Below are positions 21,621 to 31,470 of a stretch of DNA of 64,000 nt, one piece after another. Every line of letters starts with the position of its first letter. Position 1 is the first letter of the stretch. The position numbers were made by a program, and so were the translations under genes. The stretch is from the NCBI GenBank assembly GCA_020632995.1, contig JACKEN010000008.1:114064-178063 (forward strand), given 5' to 3'. The notes under the pieces are model-generated. The model did not search any database, was not told the DNA's origin, and saw only the letters and a list, made by a program, of their open reading frames with translations. The stretch comes from Deltaproteobacteria bacterium (GTDB lineage: Bacteria; Myxococcota; Kuafuiibacteriia; Kuafuiibacteriales; Kuafuiibacteriaceae).

Positions 21621-23063
21621 TATTCGAACCGCACGACACCCGGTTGCGTTCGTGTTAGCGCCTCCGGTGTGCAAGCTCCCCGTCGTCCCCTGACACTCCT
21701 TGCGCTGACCGCCGCGGCGTTCGTCGCGGGCGGATGTGTGAGCCTGAAGCCTCCGGAGATCACCGGCCTCCGTCTCACGAAGATGACGCCGGGGAGCTCG
21801 AACGAGGCCACCGTGAAGGTGCCGATCGAGCTGAAGATCAAGAACCCGAACGAGAAGGAGCTCGAGATCCAGGCCGATCGCATCCGCATCGTGACCCGCG
21901 AGGGTGACAGCGAGCGCGTGCTCGGCGTGGGCGCGTTCGCGAGCCCGGTGGTGGTGGGCCCTGGCGGCGAGACCAGCAACCCGCAGCTGGTCGAGACCAC
22001 CCTCGCGGTCGATCGCGACTCGTGGGACCGCGGGATCTTCACCAAGATCCGCTCCGGCGAGGCGTTCGTCACCGGCCCGGTGAAGGTGCTCTACGGGGGC
22101 AAGACCTACGAGACCACCCTCGACCTGCGGCTCCCGGGGCGCGACGCCGACCCGACGGGCGAGAGCGCCAAGGTCCTCGCGCTCGACACGAAGCTCGAGA
22201 AGCTGCGCTTCGCGTTCACCTCCCTGTCAGAGTTCAACGTGAAGGCGGAGCTCGCGGCGAAGAGCGAGATCGGCCAGCCGATCACCTTGAAGGACGTGGT
22301 GATGACGATCGGCGCGAAGAACAGCAAGAAGCCGCTCAAGCTCACCATGCGCAAGGAGATCGAGCTCCCCGCCGACAAGGAGGCGATCGTCGAGCTCGAC
22401 GGTGACGCGGACCTCGAGACCTGCGACCCGACCCTGCTCGACGACATCGAGGCGGCCGGCCGCGTGGCGGACGTGCGCATCGTGGGCGTCGCGTCCTCGC
22501 CCGGCTTCCCCGACACCGACTTCGACGAGCAGGTCGACGTGACCTTCCCCGGCGCGGACAGCGGCGAGAAGGGCCCCGAGGTCGAGCTGGTGCGGCCGGA
22601 GCTGGCCCTGTTCACCGACGTGGTGGGCGGCTCGCAGCAGAGCTCCTCGCTCGTCGACGGGCTCGGCACGATCTCGAAGCTGACCTCGTTCCAGGAGACC
22701 CCGGTGAACTTCTCGCTCCAGAACCCGATCCCCGGGACGATGAAGATCACCGTCAGCGACGTCATCCTGCTTGGCCCGTACAACCCGGACAAGAAGCGGC
22801 GGCTCGAGGTGGTCTCTATGGTCATGAAGGACCAGTCGCTCGCGCCGCGCGCGAAGTCCGACGTGCAGGCCACCCTGCAGCTCCTCAAGGACGGCGGGAA
22901 GGTCTGGAAGGCGGTCGCGGTCGACGCCTCGAACCACCTGCTCACCGACTACTGCCTGTCGACGAGCTGGCAGATCACCCTGCCGGTGTTCGGGGAGATC
23001 AAGAGCGACAAGAGCTTTGGCCCCGTCTACTCGGATAGCAACGAAGACTGCAGTCGTCGCTGA
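21618..23063 (+). CDS. Lipoprotein with LEA_2/WHy-like domains
   Basis: Lipobox-like VAGGC; IELKIKNPNEKEL motif; a further NP-type strand FSLQNPIPG. True start may be downstream. Confidence 0.62.
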   Translation: MYSNRTTPGCVRVSASGVQAPRRPLTLLALTAAAFVAGGCVSLKPPEITGLRLTKMTPGSSNEATVKVPIELKIKNPNEKELEIQADRIRIVTREGDSERVLGVGAFASPVVVGPGGETSNPQLVETTLAVDRDSWDRGIFTKIRSGEAFVTGPVKVLYGGKTYETTLDLRLPGRDADPTGESAKVLALDTKLEKLRFAFTSLSEFNVKAELAAKSEIGQPITLKDVVMTIGAKNSKKPLKLTMRKEIELPADKEAIVELDGDADLETCDPTLLDDIEAAGRVADVRIVGVASSPGFPDTDFDEQVDVTFPGADSGEKGPEVELVRPELALFTDVVGGSQQSSSLVDGLGTISKLTSFQETPVNFSLQNPIPGTMKITVSDVILLGPYNPDKKRRLEVVSMVMKDQSLAPRAKSDVQATLQLLKDGGKVWKAVAVDASNHLLTDYCLSTSWQITLPVFGEIKSDKSFGPVYSDSNEDCSRR

Positions 23064-23081
23064 CGGCCTCGGTACATCGAC

Positions 23082-25766
23082 GTGAATCAGCTGCTGCTCG
23101 TCCAGGACGAGGCGCCCAAAGAGATCAAGGTCGCGAGCGGGCTCATCGCGGTGATCGGGAACTCGGGCTCCGGCAAGTCGACCTTGTTTCGGCTGCTGGA
23201 GTCCGCGCTCCTGTCGGAGCGCACCATCTCGTCGCGCGAGGGCGAGAAGAACCCGCCCAAGCGGCCGACCTGGTACGTGGCGGACAACCTCGTCCAGGAG
23301 GGTGGGCAGCCGCTCCTGTCCACGCCGCAGGACAACGCGCGCGTGCACCCGACCCTCACCACGATCGGGAACGTCCTGCACTTCCTCGCGACGCTCCCGT
23401 GGTGCACGGCGCATCGACCGTCGGTGCTCGCCGCGGTCGAGGCGGGTGACCTCGCGGACCCCGAGACCCGCGCGCGGGCCGCGCTGCGCGTCGTGGGGCT
23501 CGAGGATCGCGCGGACCTGCGGGCGGGGAGCCTCTCGGGCGGTGAGAAGCGCCGGCTGCTCCTCGCGATGGACCTCGCGCTCGGGCCCAAGGTGCTCGTG
23601 GCGGACGAGCCGCTGAGTCAGCTCGACTCCGGCTCGGCCACGCGCGTCTTCGAGGCGCTCCTGCGGCAGTCGAAGGACGGGCCGGTGCTGTTCACCGTGC
23701 ACCAGCCGATCGACGAGTGGCTCGAGCGCTGTGATCAGGTCTGGGTGGTCGAGCGGCCGTCGACGGTCGCGGTCGCGGTCGCGGGCAAGGACTTCGTCCG
23801 CGTCGCGGACGAGCTCCACCTCGAGCAGGACAGCACGCTCGAGAACACGTTGATGGACATCCCCAACCCGAACAAGATGACCCTGGTCGAGGTCGTCGAG
23901 GCGGTCCGCAACGTGAAGGGCGGGGAGGGCGGGCAGCCCGCCGCCTATCGGGTCCTGGCCCGGATGAAGGACCCGGCGAAGCGGGGCCCCACCGTCAACG
24001 CGCTCAGGACGCAGATGATCTTGCGGCCGCCCCCCGAGGTGCCCGCCACGGAGCGGCCGCCGGTGCAGGAGCGCCCGGCTTCGGGGCGCTGGCTGCACTC
24101 GATCTCCCACGAGATCTCGGATCAGTTCGTCGGGAACCTCCGCAGCGGCCTCTACTGGGTGATGCTCGGGCTCTTCATCGGGGTCACGTTCTTCACCAAC
24201 TTCTTCGGGGGCGCGGACTCGCTGCCCTTCGCGCTCCCGCTCGCGACCAACGCGCTGTTGGTGTCGATCCTCTTCGTCAGCACGGTGAGCGGGGTCAGGG
24301 TGTGGGCGGGGCCGGTGGCGAGCCGGATCCGCGAGCTCTACATCCGCGGGGCGAACCTCCCCGCGCTCCTCGCCGGCAAGGCCGCGCCGGCCATCCTCGA
24401 GGCGCTGCTGATCGCGGCGCTCGCGCTCATCGGCACCTGGACCCTCGAGCTCAGGGGCGCGGCGCCCGGGTGGCCGGACGCGTTCGCGAGCATCCCCTGG
24501 CTCGACTCGGTGCCGGCGGTGGTCATCCTGATGGTCTTCGTCGGCCTCACCGGCTGGGCCCAGGGGGCGACGATCTCGCTGTTGATGGCGGTGTTCGCGC
24601 AGGGCGGCGCGCTCAAGCACTTCTCGGACCCGCGGGCCGAGAAGGACAAGGAGCGCAAGCAGGAGAAGGCGCCGGCGATGGGCATGGACCCGGTGCAGCA
24701 GGCGTACTCGCTCGCGGTCCTCCTCGTGGTCGGGCAGATCGGCCTCGGCGGCGCGTTCGGGCAGATCACCTCGGACTACGACGACATCGTGAGCGACGGC
24801 GCGACGCTGGTGGTCGACACCCTCGGGAGCCTGTCGCCGCTGAGGTGGGGCTACAACGCGGCCCTCATCTCGGAGTGGCGGCAGACGCGCTGTCGGGTGC
24901 GGCAGTTCGTGGACCAGGAGTGCGACTCGCTGATCCCGAAGCCGAAGATCTCGAACGAGTGCATCCCGGGCGGGATCGCGGACGATACGTTCACGCCGTC
25001 CACCGCGCACTGGATCGACATCAACGACCCCGCGTGCGGCCGCTCCGCCACGGAGGCGCCGACGGACGGCACGCTCGAGCCGGAGCGCCGCAACACCGTC
25101 GCGCTCTACTTCCAGGCGGGCGACGAAGAGGCGGACCGCCTCGATCGGCTGCTCGAGCGGCAGAGCCTGCTCGCGGAGCGCAAGGTGCTCCTGCCCCCGC
25201 AGGCGGCGTCCGAGGCGTTCTCGGCCCAGAGCTTCGCGAAGCTCAACGAGGTCAGAAAGGACCCCGCGGCCAAGGACCTGGCGTGCTTCCAGCGCGAGGC
25301 GAACGTCGACTACCTGTACTCGCTGACCGAGACCCTCGTCGCCAAGGGGATGATCCGGCCCGAGCTGGTCGACGTGCAGTGGTGCTGGCGCAACTGCCCC
25401 GACGTCCGCGAGGTGAAGGGGCGGTGGGAGGGCGGCCGCGTCACGCCGAGCTCGGGCGAGTTCATGCTGAAGGACTGCCCGGCGCCGGGGAGCGCGGGCG
25501 CGGACGAGGCGATGAAGAACTTCTATCGGCCGGCGGTGAGCCTGCTCGACGGGAGCACCGACTATCCCTGTCAGACGTCGGCCCACGACCTGTTCGTGGA
25601 CCAGGCGCGGTTCCAGGAGGAGCTGAACGGGCTGTGCGACGCCCGCAAGCTCCTCCCGGCCGAAGAGAATCTGTTGTTCTGGATGCTCGTCGTGGCCTTC
25701 GGCTGGGGGGGCGCTGCGCTCCTGTTGGCCCTGATGTGGTCTCGCCGGGTGGCCCGGGGTGCGTGA
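23082..25766 (+). CDS. ABCG-like half transporter (N-terminal NBD fused to ABC-2 membrane domain) with a large Cys-rich extracytoplasmic insert
   Basis: Walker A GNSGSGKST, LSGGEKRR, Walker B VLVADEP, H-loop TVHQP; several TM helices; SPLRWGYNA motif. Confidence 0.8.
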   Translation: MNQLLLVQDEAPKEIKVASGLIAVIGNSGSGKSTLFRLLESALLSERTISSREGEKNPPKRPTWYVADNLVQEGGQPLLSTPQDNARVHPTLTTIGNVLHFLATLPWCTAHRPSVLAAVEAGDLADPETRARAALRVVGLEDRADLRAGSLSGGEKRRLLLAMDLALGPKVLVADEPLSQLDSGSATRVFEALLRQSKDGPVLFTVHQPIDEWLERCDQVWVVERPSTVAVAVAGKDFVRVADELHLEQDSTLENTLMDIPNPNKMTLVEVVEAVRNVKGGEGGQPAAYRVLARMKDPAKRGPTVNALRTQMILRPPPEVPATERPPVQERPASGRWLHSISHEISDQFVGNLRSGLYWVMLGLFIGVTFFTNFFGGADSLPFALPLATNALLVSILFVSTVSGVRVWAGPVASRIRELYIRGANLPALLAGKAAPAILEALLIAALALIGTWTLELRGAAPGWPDAFASIPWLDSVPAVVILMVFVGLTGWAQGATISLLMAVFAQGGALKHFSDPRAEKDKERKQEKAPAMGMDPVQQAYSLAVLLVVGQIGLGGAFGQITSDYDDIVSDGATLVVDTLGSLSPLRWGYNAALISEWRQTRCRVRQFVDQECDSLIPKPKISNECIPGGIADDTFTPSTAHWIDINDPACGRSATEAPTDGTLEPERRNTVALYFQAGDEEADRLDRLLERQSLLAERKVLLPPQAASEAFSAQSFAKLNEVRKDPAAKDLACFQREANVDYLYSLTETLVAKGMIRPELVDVQWCWRNCPDVREVKGRWEGGRVTPSSGEFMLKDCPAPGSAGADEAMKNFYRPAVSLLDGSTDYPCQTSAHDLFVDQARFQEELNGLCDARKLLPAEENLLFWMLVVAFGWGGAALLLALMWSRRVARGA

Positions 25767-25781
25767 GTATTGGAGGAGACG

Positions 25782-27410
25782 ATGAGACGAGCATGGATTT
25801 TCACGGCGCTGTTCCTGGGGCTCGCTGGCCCGGCGTTCGCGCAGGGTGACGACGGCGGGTCGGTGTACGGCGGCGAGCGCTTCACCCACCCGACGCGACC
25901 GCAGTCTGTCTTGCGGGTCGCGGTGGACTGCGACGCGGCCCAGAACCAGGCCGACGCGGCCAAGCGGCCCGACGCGTGGTCGCTCCTGGTGGCGGGCAAG
26001 AAGACCGGGCGCATCGGGCGCGTGGGCCCCTCGGCGCCCGACGACATCCCGCTCGACCTGTTCCTGGTCGTGCCGCGCGACATGACGATGCTCGACGCGC
26101 ACGCCGACCTGATGGAGCAGATCTCCGAGCTGCCGTACTGGCTCAGCGCGATGGGGCACCGCCGCCACCGGGTGCACCTGATCACCTACTCGGGCTGCGC
26201 GAACACGCTCGAGAAGGGCGAGGGCACGACGAACCTGGTCGCGCACACCGGGAGCAGCCTCGATCGCGGGGTGCTCACGAACGACCCCAAGGCGATGGCG
26301 GCGGTGGTCGACACCGTGAAGCACGACACCAACGAGGACGACAGCAAGGTCTGCGGGAAGTTCGAGGGCGCGGACGCCGGCGCGGTGGTGAAGGACCTCG
26401 TCGGGATGTTCACCGGACCCTTCAACCTCCCCGAGCGGCAGCGCGGTCGGATCCTGGTGCTGATGCACGACGCCCGCAACGTGACGGACGAGCCGAAGTT
26501 CCGCGGGGCCGAGGTCCAGAAGCTCCTCGAGATGTTCGACCAGCTCCTGATCCTGCAGCCCGACATCGCGCCGATGATCTGGGCGCAGGAGGTCTACCGG
26601 GGCGGTGGGCCGGCGGGTCGATTGGCGAAGAACTTCTTCGCCCAGCGGATCCGCGAGGACCTCTACCGCGACTGCGTCGAGCTGCGCGGAGCCACCGCCT
26701 GCAAGACCGAGGGCCAGACTGCGTCCCGCGCGGCGGCGGCGACCCAGATCATGGCGACGATCAGCCCGCGCACCCTGACCGGCAGCATCAACCACCGCCA
26801 GTTCATCACCCGCTCGAACCTCATCACGCTCTTGAGCGGCAGCGCCAAGGTCGGCACGCGCGGGTACACGGTGAAGCGCGACGAGGTCGACAAGGCCTTC
26901 AAGCGCCCCACCGGGCTCGATCAGCTCGGGTGCCTCCTCGCCGAGGACGGCAAGGGCGGCCTCGAGCTCATGGGCGGCTACGCCGGCCAGAAGCTGACGT
27001 GTGAGAAGGAGGCGTCCCCCGAGGACGACGCGAGCACGATGGCCGAGATCATCCACGCGCACTCGCCCTTCGCGAAGTCCTATACGGTCGAGGTGTGCCT
27101 CGACGAGTCCAAGGACAAGATCGAGGGGCCGGTGAGCTACCGCATCGAGACGGCGGGGCAGCTCTGCGTCTCGGGCAAGCGCGACTTCCGCCAGTCGGCG
27201 GGCGCCCCGAGCGAGCGCATGTCCCCCGCGTCGCTCGTGGACTCGGTCTGCGGCCTCGCCGAGGGCAAGACCGCGGGCGCGGGTGACGCGTGCCCGGCCG
27301 GCCAGGTGTGTGGTGCGCCCGGCGGTGGTGGCGGCCTCGACTTCAAGTGGGTCGGGCTGATCGCCGCCATCGCGCTGATCATCGGGCTCCTCGTCGCCCG
27401 CCGCCGCTGA
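25782..27410 (+). CDS. Exported protein with a possible vWA-like fold and a C-terminal membrane anchor
   Basis: GGAGGA SD before ATG 25782; signal peptide; strands DLFLVVP and ILVLMHD; ends GGGGGLDFKWVGLIAAIALIIGLLVARRR. Confidence 0.6.
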   Translation: MRRAWIFTALFLGLAGPAFAQGDDGGSVYGGERFTHPTRPQSVLRVAVDCDAAQNQADAAKRPDAWSLLVAGKKTGRIGRVGPSAPDDIPLDLFLVVPRDMTMLDAHADLMEQISELPYWLSAMGHRRHRVHLITYSGCANTLEKGEGTTNLVAHTGSSLDRGVLTNDPKAMAAVVDTVKHDTNEDDSKVCGKFEGADAGAVVKDLVGMFTGPFNLPERQRGRILVLMHDARNVTDEPKFRGAEVQKLLEMFDQLLILQPDIAPMIWAQEVYRGGGPAGRLAKNFFAQRIREDLYRDCVELRGATACKTEGQTASRAAAATQIMATISPRTLTGSINHRQFITRSNLITLLSGSAKVGTRGYTVKRDEVDKAFKRPTGLDQLGCLLAEDGKGGLELMGGYAGQKLTCEKEASPEDDASTMAEIIHAHSPFAKSYTVEVCLDESKDKIEGPVSYRIETAGQLCVSGKRDFRQSAGAPSERMSPASLVDSVCGLAEGKTAGAGDACPAGQVCGAPGGGGGLDFKWVGLIAAIALIIGLLVARRR

Positions 27411-27430
27411 GGCCCCGGCGGCCCCGCGCC

Positions 27431-30112
27431 TCAGGCCCGGGGCCGCTGCGACAGCGAGTCGTCCCCCACCAGGAAGATGAGCCCGCCGCCCGCGCGGGTG
27501 CTCACCTCGACGTGCTCGTCCGCGTGCAAGCGGCCTTCCAGGATGCGGGCCGCGATCGGCGCCTCGACCAGGCGTGAGAGCACGTGCCGCATCGGCCGCG
27601 CGCCGAGGCGGGCGTCGTAGCCCCCCTGCTCGAGCACGAACTCCAGCGCGCGCTCGTCGAGGTCGTAGCTGATGCCGCGGCTCCGGGTGAGCCGGCGGCT
27701 GGAGTCCTGGGCCAGGAGGAGGCAGATCCGCCGGGCCTCGGCCCGGGACAGGGGCCCGAACACCAGGCGGTCCTCGATGCGCCCCCACAGCTCGGGCGCG
27801 AGGCCCTCCCGGGCGCGCTCCAGGATCTGGTTGTGCAAGGCTTCCTGCTGCTCGGCCTCGCCTCCGAACCCGATGCGGGGGCGGTTCTTGGCGAGGTCCG
27901 AGCCGAGGTTCGAGGTCATGATGATGATCGTCTCGGCGAAGCTCACCGTGCGCCCGCGGGCGTCGGTGAGGCGGCCCTCGTCCATGATCTGCAACAGGAC
28001 CTGCAGGACATCGGGGTGGGCCTTCTCGAGCTCGTCGAAGAGGACCACCCGTCCGGGCTTCCTGCGCACCGCCTCGGTAAGCTGCCCGCCCGCGTCGTGC
28101 CCCACGTAGCCGGGGGGCGAGCCCACCAGCCGGGCAACCGTGTGGCCCTCGGAGAACTCCGAGAGGTCGAGCCGGATGAGGTCGTCGGCGCTCCCGTGCA
28201 ACAGCTTCGCCAGCGCCTTCGCGGTCTCGGTCTTCCCCACCCCGGTGGGCCCGAGGAAGAGGAAGACACCTTGCGGTCGGTGGCTCCGGAAGCCCGCCGC
28301 GTTCCGCCGGATCACCTCCGCGATGCGGGTGAGCGCCGCCTCGTGGCCCACGATCTCCCGCCGCAGGTGGGACTCGAGGTGGAGCAGGCGCTCCGAGTCC
28401 GAGGCCAGCACCCGCTCGAGCGGCAGGTCGGCCCGCTGGGCGACGAGGCGCGCGATGTCCTCGCGCCGGACCTGCTCCTGGGCGGCCCGGGCGGCCCGGG
28501 AGCCGGCGAGATCCAAGAGCGCGATGGCCTTGTCGGGGAGGTGCCCCTCGGTGAGGTAGCGGGTGCTCAGCTCCACCGAGGCCACGATCGCGTCGTCCCC
28601 GTACGCCACGCCGTGGTGGTCGGCGTAGGCGGGCACGATCTGCCGGAGCATGTGGGCCGCGTCGTCGGGCCCCGGCTCCTTCACCAGCACCGGCACGAAG
28701 CGCCGGGCGAGCGCGGCGTCCTTCTCGACGTGCTCCGCGTACTCGTCGCAGGTGGTGGCGCCGATGCACGGGAAGTCACCCCGGGCGAGGGCGCCCTTGA
28801 GCTCGTTCGCGGCGTCCTGGGGCCCGTCGCCGGTGGAGCCCGCGCCGACCAGGGTGTGGAGCTCGTCGAAGAACACCACCACCCGCCCCTCGGACTGCTT
28901 CACCTCGTCCCGCAGGCCCTGGAGCTTCTCGCTGAAGGAGCCTCGCAGGTGCGTGCCCACCAACAGCGCGCCTACGTCGAGGCTCACGATGATCTTGTCG
29001 CCCATGGCGCCCCGCGCGCTCACCAGGCGGCGGGCCAGGCCCTCCACCACCGCTGTCTTGCCCACCCCGGGCTCGCCCACCAGGCAGGGGTTGTTGGCGC
29101 GGCGCTTCCCGAGGATGTCGAGGAGCGCCTCGACCTCCTTCTCGCGCCCCACCAGGCGGTCCAGCGCGCCCCGGGCCGCCTCGACCGAGAGGTTCCGGCC
29201 CAGGCTGGTGAGCCAGGGGTACTCCTCGGGGGCCAGGAGCCACGCCTCGGCCGGGTCGCCGGCGGGCGCCGCAGGTTGAATTGCCGCAGGCTGCCTTGCC
29301 GCAGGCTGTCTTGCCGCCGGGTCGACCAGGGCCACCGCCGGCTTGGGCTCGGGGGGCTTGGCCGGCTTCACCGGGGGCTTCACCACCGGCCCGGGGGTCT
29401 TAGCCACCGGCTCCGGCGCCTTCGCCACCGGCGCCTCGGGGGGCTTGCTCTCGGCCTCGGGGCGCTTCTTCACCGGGTCCAGCGCGGGGTGAGCGCCCTT
29501 GGGCGGCGCGGCGGGAGGCCGCTTGGCCCCGGGCTTCTGGCCCCCCATGACGATCGGCGGCACCCAGGTCAGGTGGGGCGGCCGGTCGGCCTCCAGGCCC
29601 ACCCGGTGCCCGATCTTGCTCCGGTGGGGGCGCGCGGTGACCCGCGCCTCGGCCACCCCGGGCCGGGCCCGCTTGCCGGTCTCGAGCCAGCGCGGCACCG
29701 CCCCGGTGAGGATGGTGAGGGCCCGGGTGCGGAGGAGGCTCAGCTTCTCACCCGTGGCCTCCAACAGCGCGTAGGCCACCGAGTCCCGCGCCCGGGTCAT
29801 CGCCACGAGCACGTGCAGGGTGTCGACCTCGCGCGCTCCGCAGCCCGCCGCGACCTGGGCCGAGCGCTCCAGGATCTCGATCAGCGCGTCCGGCGGCTCC
29901 TTCACGTCGGCCTCGACCAGGGCGAGGAGGCGGTCCTCGTCGATCTGACGGTCCCGGAGGAGGCGCTCCGCCTGGTTCCGCGTGGTGAAGAAGGCCAGGA
30001 GCACGTGGTAGCTCCCCACCCGCCGCCCCGTAGCCTGGGCGATGTCGTTCGCCTCGTGGAGCACGTGGTCCAGGGCGGGGGCGTAGGACAGGGCGTAGCG
30101 GGAGGAGGCCAT
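27431..30112 (-). CDS. ClpA/ClpC-type double AAA+ chaperone subunit
   Basis: Clp N-domain; GEPGVGKT and FFDELH; GPTGVGKT and LFDELEKAH; IGF loop (PRIGFGG); no ClpB M-domain. Confidence 0.92.
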   Translation of the reverse strand: MASSRYALSYAPALDHVLHEANDIAQATGRRVGSYHVLLAFFTTRNQAERLLRDRQIDEDRLLALVEADVKEPPDALIEILERSAQVAAGCGAREVDTLHVLVAMTRARDSVAYALLEATGEKLSLLRTRALTILTGAVPRWLETGKRARPGVAEARVTARPHRSKIGHRVGLEADRPPHLTWVPPIVMGGQKPGAKRPPAAPPKGAHPALDPVKKRPEAESKPPEAPVAKAPEPVAKTPGPVVKPPVKPAKPPEPKPAVALVDPAARQPAARQPAAIQPAAPAGDPAEAWLLAPEEYPWLTSLGRNLSVEAARGALDRLVGREKEVEALLDILGKRRANNPCLVGEPGVGKTAVVEGLARRLVSARGAMGDKIIVSLDVGALLVGTHLRGSFSEKLQGLRDEVKQSEGRVVVFFDELHTLVGAGSTGDGPQDAANELKGALARGDFPCIGATTCDEYAEHVEKDAALARRFVPVLVKEPGPDDAAHMLRQIVPAYADHHGVAYGDDAIVASVELSTRYLTEGHLPDKAIALLDLAGSRAARAAQEQVRREDIARLVAQRADLPLERVLASDSERLLHLESHLRREIVGHEAALTRIAEVIRRNAAGFRSHRPQGVFLFLGPTGVGKTETAKALAKLLHGSADDLIRLDLSEFSEGHTVARLVGSPPGYVGHDAGGQLTEAVRRKPGRVVLFDELEKAHPDVLQVLLQIMDEGRLTDARGRTVSFAETIIIMTSNLGSDLAKNRPRIGFGGEAEQQEALHNQILERAREGLAPELWGRIEDRLVFGPLSRAEARRICLLLAQDSSRRLTRSRGISYDLDERALEFVLEQGGYDARLGARPMRHVLSRLVEAPIAARILEGRLHADEHVEVSTRAGGGLIFLVGDDSLSQRPRA
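29268..29320. repeat. 15-bp tandem repeat (three copies plus partial) encoding PAARQ/PAAIQ
   Basis: gccgcaggttgaatt, gccgcaggctgcctt, gccgcaggctgtctt, gccgccgg. Confidence 0.85.
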
Positions 30113-30190
30113 CCTGCCCTCCCGTCTAGCGCGGATCGATCACCACGTCACGCGGTCAAGGGCGCTTGCCGGCGGGAACGGGCGCGTCGC

Positions 30191-31423
30191 TTGACGGTCG
30201 GGCGGGGCGGGACCTACCGTCGAAGCATCTCGCCTCTCCCTCACAGAGCGCAGCTCCTGGTCCTGCTCTCGTGGGTGTGGTCGTGCTCCGGGACTCCACT
30301 CGAGCCCGGGGCGCCGGACGCGCTCCGTGTCACGGTGCCAGACCTGAGGGCGTTGCTCGTCTGCGGTGGGCGAGACCAGCTCGAGGTCGACATCGTCGAA
30401 CGCCTGACCGAGCCCGCGACGTTCCGGTGGACGCGCTTCTTGGGAACGCCTGCGGGGTTCGAGGCCACCGAGCGCACGGACCTGCCTGTGCCCAGTGAGC
30501 GGGCGTCGGTGCGCTGGGCGCGAGGATGTGCGGATGGACCGCTGGTGCAAGTGGTCGCGCGGACCGCCTCCACGACCGCCAACCGCGTCGCGGTAGACAG
30601 CCCGGCGGAGGGCGTCCTTCGCGTGAGCACCGTGTGTGTCGGCGAGATCGCCTCGGCCTGGACCTGGCTCCCCGAGGCCTCGCGGCTGCTCCTCTACCAG
30701 CAGGGTTGCGCTTGGTCTGCGTGTGGCGACCTGGGGGGCAAGACCTGGGCGCCGATCACGGTCGCGCCCGCTCCGACCGCCGGCGAACGCGTCTGCCTCG
30801 AGAGGTCGGCCATCCCGGGGGTCGACCCGAGCTCACGATGTGCCTTTCAGCTGGTCAGCCACCCGCGTGAGCCGCTCCTCGTCGACCGTTGCAGTCAGCC
30901 GGGCGAGGCCTCGTCTCGCCTCGAGGTCTATCGCCTCGACGGCGCTCGGCCAAAGGCCCTGGTGGTGCCCAAGGTGCAGCCCGAGAGCTGGGTGTTCCAC
31001 CCCGATCGTCCGGCCCTCATCATGAACCTGGGCGAGAGCTGGACGGGTCCATGGATCCCCGGCGCGGATCAGCGGTTCGTGTCAGACATCCAGGTGCTCG
31101 AGCTGGCCCCGGAGGGCCGAGTCACCCCGCTCCCCGAGCTGTCGCGGTGGATGCTCGGGCTCGAGGGTGCCGACCGGCTGGGACCGGAGTCGATCGTAGT
31201 CACGGCGAAGCTCCACCCAGAGGACTTCGCGCGCTTCCAGGACCGCCTGGTCGTCGGCTTCCTGCTCGACGCGGACCTGCACATCAGGGGCTGGCTCGCG
31301 GCGAGCGAGCACCACGTCACGTGGGTTGCGTCCGGTGGCCAGCTGTTCGAGGTGCTCCGGGAGCCAGATGGTGACGGTGAGGTGATCTCAGTGATGCCGG
31401 CCGAGCTTCGGGCCCTGCCTTGA
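30191..31423 (+). CDS. Hypothetical exported protein or lipoprotein (start uncertain)
   Basis: Only plausible frame between clp and the next gene; hydrophobic LLVLLSWVWSC segment; no family recognised. Confidence 0.45.
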   Translation: MTVGRGGTYRRSISPLPHRAQLLVLLSWVWSCSGTPLEPGAPDALRVTVPDLRALLVCGGRDQLEVDIVERLTEPATFRWTRFLGTPAGFEATERTDLPVPSERASVRWARGCADGPLVQVVARTASTTANRVAVDSPAEGVLRVSTVCVGEIASAWTWLPEASRLLLYQQGCAWSACGDLGGKTWAPITVAPAPTAGERVCLERSAIPGVDPSSRCAFQLVSHPREPLLVDRCSQPGEASSRLEVYRLDGARPKALVVPKVQPESWVFHPDRPALIMNLGESWTGPWIPGADQRFVSDIQVLELAPEGRVTPLPELSRWMLGLEGADRLGPESIVVTAKLHPEDFARFQDRLVVGFLLDADLHIRGWLAASEHHVTWVASGGQLFEVLREPDGDGEVISVMPAELRALP

Positions 31424-31470
31424 ACGGCCGCGTTGAGCAAGGCGTGTTGCGCAAGAATCGTCGGTAGTCG

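Noticed and set aside
22227-28769. Very long antisense or alternative-frame ORFs (e.g. 22227-28769 -, 6153-9461 -, 58857-60992 -, 60802-63363 -, 5' parts of 27584-31423 + and 31471-34560 -)
   Set aside because: Arg/Gly/Pro/Ala-rich shadows of real genes, expected at this GC content; no motifs.
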